NCBI RefSeq assembly: GCF_009914755.1
Contig: NC_060936.1
DNA from: the human T2T-CHM13v2.0 reference genome, Homo sapiens
Length of the DNA stretch: 64,000 nucleotides
Reading direction: 5' to 3' (one strand)
Shown here piece by piece: positions 12,098 through 23,228 of the stretch. Position numbers and translations under genes: made by a program. Every line of letters begins with the position of its first letter. Positions within the stretch are counted from its first letter, which is position 1. The notes below the pieces were generated by a model, which saw only the letters and a program-made list of their open reading frames with translations, had not been told where the DNA came from and did no database searches.

Positions 12098-12530
12098 TGT
12101 GATAATCCAAAGAGGCCGACCCCTTGCTTTTCTATTCTTTCAGGCAACCAAGATAGAGAAATGTGTTCTACCTTTGCCCAGTCAAATACCTCCCCTCAGG
12201 ACTTTGAATATTGATCTAGTGAAGCAAAGAAACTTGGAGGGAAGGAGTTCATTCTGGGAAGAATGACAGCAGTGATAAAGATGTTAGTGGCAGTATCCAG
12301 TGGTTAGTACTGGTGGCTGGTGGCTTTACCACTGCCTTCATCACCAGGCTGGTTCTGTGGGGTTATTTTGGCTGTGATTCTGGCTTCCTTGGCAATCTTG
12401 GTTCTAGCTAATTTACTGACCCTTGTTCTCAAGCCTTTCTAGCAATTCTGGGAACAACCCTGGGTGGTGTAATAAATGTGTTTTTGACTTAAATAAAAGT
12501 TGCTTACAATTAAGCATACTGGCTAATAAT
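12098..12530 (+). mobile_element. Ancient ERVL LTR (LTR33-like)
   Basis: Ends AATAAA...GTTGCTTACAATTAAGCATACTGGCTAATA; alignable by eye to 15600-16130; boundaries approximate. Confidence 0.6.
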
Positions 12531-13270
12531 GCAAGAAGTAGCCACAAAGTGTCAGGGAAATTAGCGTAGGGGAATTTGGGTCTTATTGGACTAAAAGCTG
12601 TGAAAAATCCAGTTAGAATTTAAGGATTGGTAAACTCTAGCTTATGTAATACAACAGGGAAATAACTAATTCAATTATGGTTTGTAATAAACTGGAATAA
12701 AGTGCACCTTGAAAGCCATTACCATAGACCAAGATGAAGAGCATGAAAAATTTAACACCCATGGGTGTGTGGATTGCTTGTAGGGGCCCTGAATAGCTTA
12801 AAGAGAATGTGAAGCTCAAGGCCCTGAATTATTGGCCTAGAACCACACCCTGAAATTCAGGAAATTTCTATGATTGTGCTAAAATATTTTATCATCTGTT
12901 GCAGCTACAGAGCTGAGGTCGCTACACACTAATTTTTTTTTTTGAGACGGGGCAGTCTCACTCTGTTACCCAGGCTGGAGTGCAGTGGTGCGATCTTGGC
13001 TCACTGAAGCCTCCATCTCCCAGGCTTACTCCTGCTCAGCCTCAGCCTCTTCAGCCTGCTAAAGTGCTGGGATTATAGACATGAGCCACCACATCTGGCC
13101 AAACCAAACAGTTTTATCCTGTGTGTTGCTAAATTATATCAGTTGAATTTGCAACCTTATGGAATCTCTTATTTGATAGTAAAGATGTGCGTTGGGAAAT
13201 AATGCGATCCAGAGAATTGAAAGGAGAATTCAGGTATGTTGAATATATAAACTCATCTGAGTTTCACTTG
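12531..13270 (+). pseudogene. ERVL-type internal (gag) relic
   Basis: Manual translation [15 protein letters not shown] / SFILCVAKLYQLNLQPYGISYLIVKMCVGK*CDPEN* resembles the ERVL gag segment ISCS.RAEIAE...VS.VKVRALIGKEWDP. Confidence 0.7.
12933..13100 (-). mobile_element. Alu with a large internal deletion
   Basis: Antisense right-arm end joined directly to left-arm start (AAAGTGCTGGGATTATAG). Confidence 0.88.
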
Positions 13271-13275
13271 CCGGC

Positions 13276-13772
13276 TGTGGTAGATAAAAATGTCCACGTC
13301 CTAATTCCTGGAACCTGTAAATATGTTCCCTTATAAAGGAAAATAAACTTTGCAAATGTGATTAGGGTTAAGGACCTTGAGATGGAGAGACCATCCTGGA
13401 TTATCCATGTGAGCCCAATCTAGTCATGTGAATCCCTAAAAGCAATGAACCTTCCCCAGCTATAGCCAGAGGGAGATCTGACTATGGAAGATAGGTCAAA
13501 GAGAGGTGCAACATTGCTGACTTCAAAGATGGAGGAAGGGGGTGCACAGCTAGGAAATGACGGCAGCTTCTAGAAGCTGGAAACGGCAAGGACACAGATT
13601 CTTCCCTAGAACTCACAGAAGGGAGCACAGCCCTGCCAACACCTTAATTTTAGCTCAATGAGATCCATGTTGGACTTTTATACTGCAGAAAGAAATGTAA
13701 AACAATAAACTTGTGTTGCTTTAAGCAGCCAAATTTTTGGTAATTTGTTACAGCAACAATAGAAAATATATC
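13276..13772 (+). mobile_element. MLT1D-like MaLR solo LTR
   Basis: TGTGGTAG...GTCCTAATTCCTGGAACCTGTAAATATG...TAATTTGTTACAGCAACAATAGAAAA. Confidence 0.85.
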
Positions 13773-14106
13773 ATTCAAAGAAGCTCCTTCTTCATTTTCT
13801 GATTAGAGTGTTCTTTCTGATTCGAATGTTCTTCATTTTCTGATTAGAGTGTTATTTCACATAACTCTCTCACCTAAGGGATTAATTTGCAAGAAACCAT
13901 TTATCCTTATGTCCCCCTCATCTACTCATTTTGTTTAGACCCTAAACAATATCTGTACTAATGTGACTTTAGGTTGTCTCTCTTTACAGAGAGTCTGAAT
14001 GTATTTGTGTGTATGTATAGACAGAGTTGCATTGTGTTAGTAGAAACACTTATTTTTTGAAGTTTAAGAATGGGAAAAAGTATTTTCCTTCACAATGGTC
14101 ATTTTT

Positions 14107-15559
14107 TTTGAAGTATCTTTTCTTTTTTATTTTATTTTCTGGGGTGTATGTACAGGATGTGCAGGTTTGCTACACAGGTAAATGTGTGCCATGGTGGTTT
14201 GCTACACCTATCAACTCATTACCTAGGTATTAAGCCCAACATGCATTAGCTATTTTTCCTGATGCTTTCCCCCACCAGCCTCCCCCAACAGGCCCCAGAG
14301 TGTCTTGTTCCCCTCCCTGTGTCCATGTGTTCTCATTGTTCAGCTCCCACTTATAAATGAAAACATGTGGTGTTTGATTTTCTGTTCCTGCATTAGTTTG
14401 CTGAGGATGATGACTTCCAGCTTCATCCACGTCCCTGCAAAGGACAAGATCTTGTTCCTTTTTATGGCTGCATAGTATTTTGTGGTATATATATACCACA
14501 TTTTCCTTATCCAGTCTATCATTGGTGGGCATTTGTGTTGATTCCATGTCTCTGCTATTGTGAATAGTCCTGCAATGAACATACATGAACATGTATCTTT
14601 ATAATAGAATGATTTATAATTCTTTGGGTATATACCCAGTAATGGGATTGCTGGGTCAAGTGGTATTTCTTGCTCTAAATCTTTGAGGAATCACCACACC
14701 ATCTTCCATAATGGTTAAACTAATTTACATTGCTACCAACAGTGTAAAAGCCTTCTTATCTCTCCAAAACCTTGCCAGCATCTGTTGTTTCTTGACTTTT
14801 TAATAATTGCCACTCTGGCTGGTGTGAGATAGTATCTCATTATGGTTTTGATTTGCATTTCTCTAATGATCAGTGATGTTGAGCTTTCTTTCATCATATG
14901 TTTGTTGGCTGCATGTATGTCTTCTTTTGAGAAGTGTCTATTCATGTCTTTTGCCCACTTTTTAGTGTTTTCTTTTTTTCTTGTAAATTTGCTTAAGTTC
15001 CCTGTAGATTCTGGATATCAGACCTTTGTCAGATTGTTAGATTACAAAAATTTTCTCCCATTCTGTAGGTTATCTGTTTGCATTGACAAGAGTTTCTTTT
15101 GCTGTGCAAAGCTCTTTAGTTTAATTAGATCCCGTTTGTCAGTTTTTGCTTTTGTTACAACTGCTTTTGGCATTTTCCTCATGAATTTTTTGCCCATGCC
15201 TATGTCCTGAATGGTATTGCCTAGATTTTCTTCTAGGGTTTTAATAGTTTTTGGTTTTGCATGTAATCCATCTTGAATTAATTTTTGTATAAGGTGTAAG
15301 GAAAGGTTCCAGTTTCAATTTTCTGCATATGGCTAGCCAGTTCTCCCAGCACCATTTATTAAATAGGGAATCCTTTCCCCATTGCTTGTTTTTGTCAGGT
15401 TTGTCAAAGATCAGATGGTTGTAGATGTGCAGTTTTATTACCGAGTACTTTGTTGTGTACCATTGGTCTATGTGCCTGTTTTTGTACCAGTACCATGCTG
15501 TTTAGGTTACTGTAGCCTTGTAGTATAGTTTGAAGTCAAACAGTGTGATGCTTCTGGCT
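14107..15559 (-). mobile_element. L1PA (about PA8-PA11), 5'-truncated, ~1.45 kb
   Basis: L1 3'UTR and ORF2 C-terminal fragments; degenerate TSD ACAATGGTCATTTTT / ACAATCATCATTTTT (14092-14106, 15560-15574). Confidence 0.95.
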
Positions 15560-15599
15560 ACAATCATCATTTTTAAGCAGTTGCCTAGTATATAAACTC

Positions 15600-16130
15600 A
15601 TTTTCTGTTTTCTCATGAACCTTGGTGGGAAGCTGAAGCCACCTCCCAGTGCAAGGCTGAGAAAGCCACCTACTTGTTTCTCTGGACACTGTGGCAGTCA
15701 GGGAATGGTAATGTGGCCTCACAATGGCTGCCAATCAGTCACATTTACTCAGAAGGTACTGAATATGGGTGCAAATAAGAATGGTGGTAGATAATCCATT
15801 TTGGAGGTGGCAGTGACAAGCAATATCCAGCTTGTTACAGTGCTAGAGGAACAAGCAGCAGTGCCTAGTGCCCAAGGCTGCATTGGGTGCCAGCTGCAGT
15901 GTCTAGCATTTGCTAGAAGAGGTGGCTGGAAGAGGTGAACTGTTTTGGTAACATGGTTTTGCCTGCCGTTCTGGCTGCCAGCCTCCCTTTGTCTCCACCT
16001 GTGTTCTGAGGCTGGCTCTTCAGTCTTCCCAGAGTTTTGGTGAGCTCCCCAAGATACTTTCAGTAAATTGCTTTGCTTCTTAAATAATGTAGTGTTGATT
16101 TATATTACTTGCAATTAAGAACCTTGACTC
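15600..16130 (+). mobile_element. Ancient ERVL LTR (LTR33-like)
   Basis: Ends AGTAAATTGC...TTACTTGCAATTAAGAACCTTGACT; boundaries approximate. Confidence 0.62.
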
Positions 16131-16196
16131 AAAGGAGAGACAAAGAAAAAGATGATGATGGAGGGGTAGATTAGAACCAGATTGTCAGGAGCCTTC

Positions 16197-16211
16197 AATA
16201 ATAATAATAAC

Positions 16212-16267
<56 letters not shown>

Positions 16268-16268
16268 T
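16197..16268. repeat. (AAT)19 abutting (ATT)5 microsatellite
   Basis: Direct reading; one AAC interruption. Confidence 0.95.
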
Positions 16269-16551
16269 TTTAACACAAGGTCTTGCTCTGTTGCCCAGGC
16301 TGCAATGCGGTATTGCAATCAGAGTCCCTGAAGTCTCAAACTCATGGACTCAATTGATCCTCCCGCCTCTGCCTCCCGAGTAGCTGGGACTACAGTCATG
16401 TACAACCACACTTGGCTAATTTTTTAATTTTTTGTAGAGACAGGGTTTCGCTATGTTGCCCAAGCCGGTCTTGAACTCCTGGGCTCAAAGGATCCTTCTA
16501 CCTCAGTCTCCCAAGTGCTGGTGCTACAGGTGTGAGTCACTGTGCCTGGGC
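16254..16551 (-). mobile_element. AluJ
   Basis: Antisense dimer; TSD AGCCTTC(A/C)ATAAT at 16190-16202 and 16552-16564. Confidence 0.93.
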
Positions 16552-16564
16552 AGCCTTCCATAAT

Positions 16565-17190
16565 TATTAAGAAGTTTGGGCTTTGTCCTGAAGGCAAAGA
16601 AAACTCATTGAATAATTTAAACAAAGATAAAGGTAATCAGTTCAGGGTTCTTAAATTATTTTTTGGTAGTAGTGTAAAGGATACTCAGGATGAAGAGATT
16701 GCAGAGAGATAGAAAATGGAGATGGGGGCCGGTTAGGAGGATGTCATGGTAGTTTAGGTGACAAATGATGATGACAAAAAATCACAGTGACAGAAAAGCT
16801 GGAAAGAGTAGGGTGAATTAAAAGATATTTAGGAGATAGGCTGTCCGGGAGTTGATGACTGGATTGAAGGGAACAAGACAGTGAAGAATCAAGATGACTT
16901 CAAAATTTCTTGAGTGAATAGATGGATGGTGATGCCATTGATTGAGTTAGAAAGGACAAAAGAAGAAATGGGTTTTTGAGAGAAGAGAGTTTGAGGCGTG
17001 CTGAGTTTGAGATGCTCTTATCCAGATGGAGATGCTCACTAAGCCGATAGAAAGATGGAACAAGGATTCAGCAGAGAAGTACAGACAAAAGGAGCCGATT
17101 TGGGAGTCATTATTGCAGTGTTGGGTGAAGCCAAGAATGTAGAGGAGAGTCTCAAGGAGAGGGAAAAGTAGGAACATTGGAACACAAATT
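16565..17190. mobile_element. L2 LINE relic
   Basis: Purine-rich L2-like text such as GATGGTGATGCCATT and GAGTTTGAGATGC; boundaries approximate. Confidence 0.65.
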
Positions 17191-17239
17191 GGAAGACCCT
17201 ATACTGACATGGAGCACTTATTGGTTAGGACTTTGTATA

Positions 17240-17710
17240 TGATGCTGTGGATGCCTACATGGCCTTCTCATGACCTCTGTGGTCAATCCAATTGGCTCTG
17301 GATTTTCATACACCCCCTACCTCTTGCCACATCTCAACAACATTCACTGTTCCACTATGCACCTCCTTCAAGCACCTGTGACTCTCTGCCTCTCGTTCCA
17401 CAAGTAGGGCAGGCCAGAAATGTCAGGGAGTGAATGTCTGTGGGAGCAGCCCTTGGGCAGGCAGGGTGAGCACTGGAGGATGGATATCCTTCCTCATGTG
17501 GAATGACTTGGAGGCCTATTCTACCCTCTCCAGAGTTACTCAGCAGGATTGACTGTCGGTTGCTCACAGTGATAAACTATTGTGGCTTTCTGGGCTTCCT
17601 GTTGTCTTCCCATTCCCCCAGTGGTACTTCTTGGAATCACCTCCCCAGTAAACAACTTATACTTAAATCCCTGTCTCAGGATCTGCTTCCGGAAGAATCT
17701 GAACTAAGAC
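17240..17710 (+). mobile_element. LTR16-family ERVL LTR
   Basis: 3' end CACCTCCCCAGTAAACAACTT...CTCAGGATCTGCTTC...AACTAAGACA. Confidence 0.72.
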
Positions 17711-20700
17711 AGCCTTCTTGTTCTCCCCAGTCTCTTGAGGGTGAACGATTTGAAATGTATAAACTGCTTATATCCTTCTGCGTCTGCTGCCATATTCTTT
17801 GTTTTACCTTCTGCCGTCTTCTCTCAATGCTACCCTTCTATAATCTCTCAAAACAAACATGGAATTATAAGTGAGTCCCCTTAACTCAAGAGACACCAAG
17901 GGATAACAGACACCTGGATAGAAAGTCCCTCTTCTATTCTAGGAAGCAGATGTAATGATAATCATATTTTGTATTTACTAAAAATCTTTCCTTCTGAGGA
18001 GTTCAAAGTGTTCCTTATGTATCCCCTGTGGGTAAGAGCAGGACTGACTTCTAGCACAGCTGTCAATTATGTAAAATGTAAATGATATGAAACTGGGATT
18101 TAGAAACCATCCTGTTTCCCCTTCAAGTGGCCTTCTCCCTGTTCCCTTGCACTGGGGCCCCTCCCTGCTGTTCCATTTCTGTTGTTACCCCCACTGTGTT
18201 CCTTCCCATAGTGACTTGCTCTTAACCATCTTTCAACCAATCTCCACTTCCAGGGTGACTATTGATACTATTAACATGACATTTTCCCCAGGAATATTGG
18301 CATTTCAATAGGATACACTTACAAACAGAACATTTTAAAAAATGAAACTGGATAGAAAGATCATAGGCAAATAAGAACTTTCATTCATAGATGGTATTAA
18401 GCCTTTTGTAAATCTATATGATTTCAAATTGACTGATGGGGAACTTTCGAGAGGAAAAATACACGTGTTTGGAGTTCCAGCCATTTGTTTCAGGGATGAG
18501 TTGAAAAAACAAAAATGAAATGATAAGATTCCATGGAAAAAGTTCTGTGCATGTGATTACCCAAAGTGAGTTAAACTTGTGTGTTTTAGATTAAGCTTTA
18601 TTGAGTATTTACTGTGCATAAAGCACTGGAGTGGGAGAATGAAGAAGCAGGAACACATCTCCTGTCTTCACGGATCTTCCTTATGACAGCTTCCCTGTAG
18701 GTCAGGGTTGAGGAATGATGACCTCAGTTCACAAAATGAGCTCCAAAATCAGCCTGCAAGAGTGGTGGGGACTTCAGATCTGGTAGGAATCAAGAACATC
18801 TGCCTGGATTAAAGAAGATGCTGCACTTCCCATTAGAAGGGTTTAAAAAGGTGTCTCCTTTTCCTTAAACTCAGAACTCAGGATGAAAGAGTATAGCACA
18901 CATAGAGGGTAAAAAAAAGCCACTTCCTCCCACAACCTTTTCCCAACAATAATGGTAGTGAGAGGTTACAAAATCCTCCCTAAAGACATCTCCTTTACCA
19001 AATGTACTTCACTAAAGAAAGATATTGATTGAAAAATGCACAAATATATTGTTTTCTTCTCCCATTCTCAAATATGAAACATCAACTGCAGGAAAAAAAA
19101 TATTATGCCAGCAACTTAGCAACACAAACAACCAACTTCAAACCAAAGAGGGAATTTTCCTGTCTAGGGAAGAGGGGCTCGTATCTTTGCTGGGTACAAC
19201 CGAGCCTTCCTGTTAGAGACAACTGTTAAATCTTGCCTCTCAAGACTGGAACAATTGCTTTGTTAGTCCAATGCCCCAGAATGTACTCCGCAGAAGGTTT
19301 ATTTTCAGAATCTTTGAAGGCTAGAGAAGCAATCATCCTGTGTTGGGGCTTTCTATGTCCCCAGGCCTTCCCTGGCCAAATTGATTCAAACTCTGTGAAA
19401 AAAAAAAAAAAGTATTTTTTTTTCCGGAGACCATAACAACAATTTCCATAAAGAGGTCCAGATGTTTAATTTTTCCAAAAGAAATTTTAACAAAAACAAA
19501 ATAAAAGTAACTGAGGAAGGATCATTTTTCCATTGACTTCTTAACCCAAATGGGACTGGTTACGCCAGTCAAAACCACAGATTCACTTCCCCTGAGCACT
19601 CATCTTTTCGGCTCTTCTTGTCTCTGCCTTGACACAGGTGACTTCCCAGAATGCTGCTGGCCAGGCGCTTGCAGCTGCTGCATTTAATTTCAAGAAGCTG
19701 TTTTTCAAAGGCCAGCTGTGGACAGCTGTTGGTTGTCACACTTTCTCTCTAGCACTCTTGGTCTAATAATAAGTAGAACATGGTTTCATCAGTTTGAGCT
19801 ACATTTTCCTAAGTCAGTTAGGAAATCCCCTCATCCAGCAGCCTGCAAAAACAAAGGCAGCTTGAGAAAGAACAGGTTTTCAGATAGGCATCGATCCATT
19901 CATATCTCTTGTAAGAGAGAGAATTAACTGAGTTAGGTGATCAGAGTGGGAACCAGCAGTTTAAAATAGCTTCAATCTTGTCATAAAGTCATGTTTTGGA
20001 GTTTCTTTTTCTCTCCAAAAAAGTTAGGAAGCTGAGCTTAGGAGGGGTTTCTCCTCCTGAAGCTTCTAAATTTTCTTATGATTTTTACGAAGATGAATTT
20101 CTGTGGACATAGTGAAGGTCCAGGCCTCTCTGTGAGCCGTAGGGTACCTGGACACCTACCTGGGCCTTTCTGCCATGCGACACCATAAAAATAAGAGATG
20201 CCTGTGGGTGTCCCATAGCTTGTTTAGTTAATGCAATGGCTCATAACTAAAATGCCAGTTTAACCACCAGTTTGTTTTGCTGGTGTTTGCTTTATACATA
20301 AACATGAGTGGGAAGGGACCAACATTTTTTTTAAGTACAAATTTTATTTTTATTACTGCTGCTTTGTTTTTTGTTTCAAAGGGATGGCATGGACTCAGGG
20401 TACAACAGCTGTACTCAGCCCAGCTGGAAGGCCCCGGATTTTGAACTATTTCTTAAAAAGGGGTTGTGTGTTGAACATTCAAGTGTTGTTAACCATCTCT
20501 ATTTTATTTTCCCTACAGCTCCTTGTAGAGCAGAATCCAAGACCACCTCCAGCTCAGACAGATGGAAGGGTTGGGGCTGAGGGAGCTGGCAAAGGCAATT
20601 TAGACCAGGACAGCTCATGAGGATTTGAGCATCTCCCCGAGAGGCCTTCTTAGGTGCTTTTATTATCCAAGAGCACATTGAAGTTTTGTCTTTGAGTTCC

Positions 20701-21137
20701 TCCTGTCCTCTCCCTAGCTCATGGATTGCATCACTGGGGGGTAAAGTTTGTCCAGTCTGGCCCAGCTTCTTACTATGTTGTGTTTATCAGGCATGATAGT
20801 GGAACAATCTGGAACGATAACACGTAACAAACACGTACTCAATAAATACTAACCAACTTACATGTTGGATTACAAAATGATTGGAAGGATTCATGGGTCT
20901 TCCTAAGAGAAAAAAACTCAATCTCTGCTACGTTCCAAGGCCAGTTTGATTTCTTTAAAAAAGATCAAACACACAGGCCTAACCCCAATCAAAATCCAAT
21001 TCCCAAGTTGAACCTGGAATGAGATAGGTCCCTCTGAATTGGGCTTGAGAGGCACTGAATTCTCTTCCTTGTTTTTTATTCACTTAAATCCTAAAAGTAC
21101 GTGAGATCTTTTATCAAGTTAAAATCCTGAGTGTTGA

Positions 21138-21277
21138 TTTTTTAAATATTGTTTTTTATAGAGGTGGAGTCCCAGTATTTTGCTCAGGCTGGCCTCGAAC
21201 CCCTGGCCTGAAGTGTTTCTTCTTCCTCAGCCTCCCAAAGTGCTGGGATTACAGGTGAGAGCCACTGCAGCTGGACT
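21138..21277 (-). mobile_element. FLAM-type Alu monomer
   Basis: Single antisense arm; AAATCCTGAGT on both flanks. Confidence 0.88.
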
Positions 21278-22199
21278 AAATCCTGAGTTCTGAGTGTTTT
21301 GAGTTACAGTAGTCATTCAGTGATAAACATGCTCTCTGAGGATATATTTGAACCCAGATGACATAATTTAGTAACATCTTAGAAGACTGATTTCTCCAAA
21401 TGATCTTATCATTTCTCTTAGACCAGAGGGAATCAAGGTTCCTGTGGGGCAAAATGGGTTCCTACTGAGAACTCTGGCCTAAGCCCAGGATATTTCTTGA
21501 CCATAGGTTGTTGTGTGTGGAATCAAGGGGGTTAATCCAAGAAGCAGCATCTTAGGAAGGAGACAAAGGCGAGGCCGACTTCTTAGTGAGTTGTCCATTT
21601 GAAGAGGCCAAGAAGTCAGGGGAAAATCTATGTACATGTGAACGAGATGAAAAACAGAGATTCGCCTAGAGTGAAAGACCAAAACAGAATAAGTGACAAA
21701 GCTGAGAAATAGCCTGAATGGTGAGAAGGTAATGGAAGCAACATTTTATGGGGTGGTAGTGGTTTTGGGTGTGGTCCGGGAGGGAACCATTAAATGCTCC
21801 GAATTGGTGTAAACGCCTCTTAAATGTGTTTCTAGGAAAAACAGATTGGAAAATCAATTAACTAAGAATAATGAGAAGATGAAAACAATGAGCAGGATCA
21901 AAAGAACCAGGGAAAGAAGAGAAATAGAGTTAGAAAGTGGCTCATCCTACTGGAATAAAAACATCTCATTGTATACAAATGATTTGGTGGGAGTACAATC
22001 AAGCTTCCAGAATAAGTACTTCTATTTTCCTACCAGTGTGGACAGACTGTAAGGGATAATCCTGGGTTATTTGGAAGGAGTAGCAGTATTAGTGTCCTGA
22101 AGGTAAACTATTCAATAATAGCTTTTGCCCTGGAGGGCAAACACTTCAATTTTATTTTACTTCATTTCATTGGATTTTTTTTGTTGGGTGGTTAGAATT

Positions 22200-22570
22200 C
22201 TTTATTTTTTTAAAATGCAAAGAGCTGTGCATAATTAATGTACACAGTTTGAGGGTGAAGATAAGCACATACCACCACCAGGACACCATTACCACAATCT
22301 ATGTCATAAAAGCCGATCACCTCCAAAGTTTCCTCCCACTCTCTTATTTATTCAGATCTATACTCTTAGCAAATTTTTAAGCATGCAATACAGTATAGCA
22401 AACTATAGGTACTACGCTGTCCAGTAGATCTCTAGGACTTATTCATCTTGTGTAACTGAAACTTCATACCCTTTGACTAATACCTTCCTGTTTTTCCTAC
22501 CTCCTGCCTCTAGCAACTATCATTACAATCTCTGCTTCTATGAGTTTGACTTTTTTTGATTTGTCATTAT
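22200..22570 (-). mobile_element. L1MA-type 3' fragment
   Basis: AGTAGATCTCTAGGACTTATTCATCTTG...TCTCTGCTTCTATGAGTTTGACT. Confidence 0.75.
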
Positions 22571-23114
22571 TTGATGTTTATAGAGCTTTTTCTGTAAGTT
22601 ACTAAGTAGGAACTCTACTCAAGATTCTGGGCATATCAAGTGAAAACCTAAATACCCGTTGATCTAACTTACAGTGATTGAAGATAACTTGAAGGTAGGA
22701 TACAGGAAGTTGTTGCTTCATGATTGCATTTACTAGATGTTTTCATATTTGTAGCACTTCTTTCTGTCTGATATAGATAGGTTATTAATTTCAACTTATT
22801 TTGTCTACCAGTACCTTTAATACGAATCCAGTTCTGTGCCTTAAAATGCATATTTTACCTTAATTTATTTCTATGTTAATTTAAACATTAATGTAGATCT
22901 ATTTTTTCTGATTAAAAAAGAAATTTGCTCATGAAAAATACCTCTAAATGATATAAAGGTATATAAAGTCTTCACTAATCACCACTAGGTAACAATTGTT
23001 CACAGTTTAGGTCAATTTTCATGGAGCACCTCCTACATATGCTGTCTGGGCCAAGGTCTGGGGATAAAACATCAAATAGGGCACAGTTGCTGCCTGTTTG
23101 TTTGCTCATTGTCT

Positions 23115-23228
23115 ATAGATGCTCTTGCACAGCTATGGCATAGTTGAGCAGTTGCAGCAAAGCTCTGGCCCACAAGGCCTCAAATATTTATTATCTGGCC
23201 CTTTACAGAAAGAGTTTAATAATCCTTG
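23115..23228. mobile_element. MER58-like hAT fragment within L2-like sequence
   Basis: GGCCCACAAGGCCTCAAATATTTATTATCTGGCCCTTTACAGAAAGAGTTT. Confidence 0.7.

Noticed and set aside
16115-16318. Poly-Leu/Ile transmembrane-like ORF
   Set aside because: Translation of the (AAT)n/(ATT)n microsatellite
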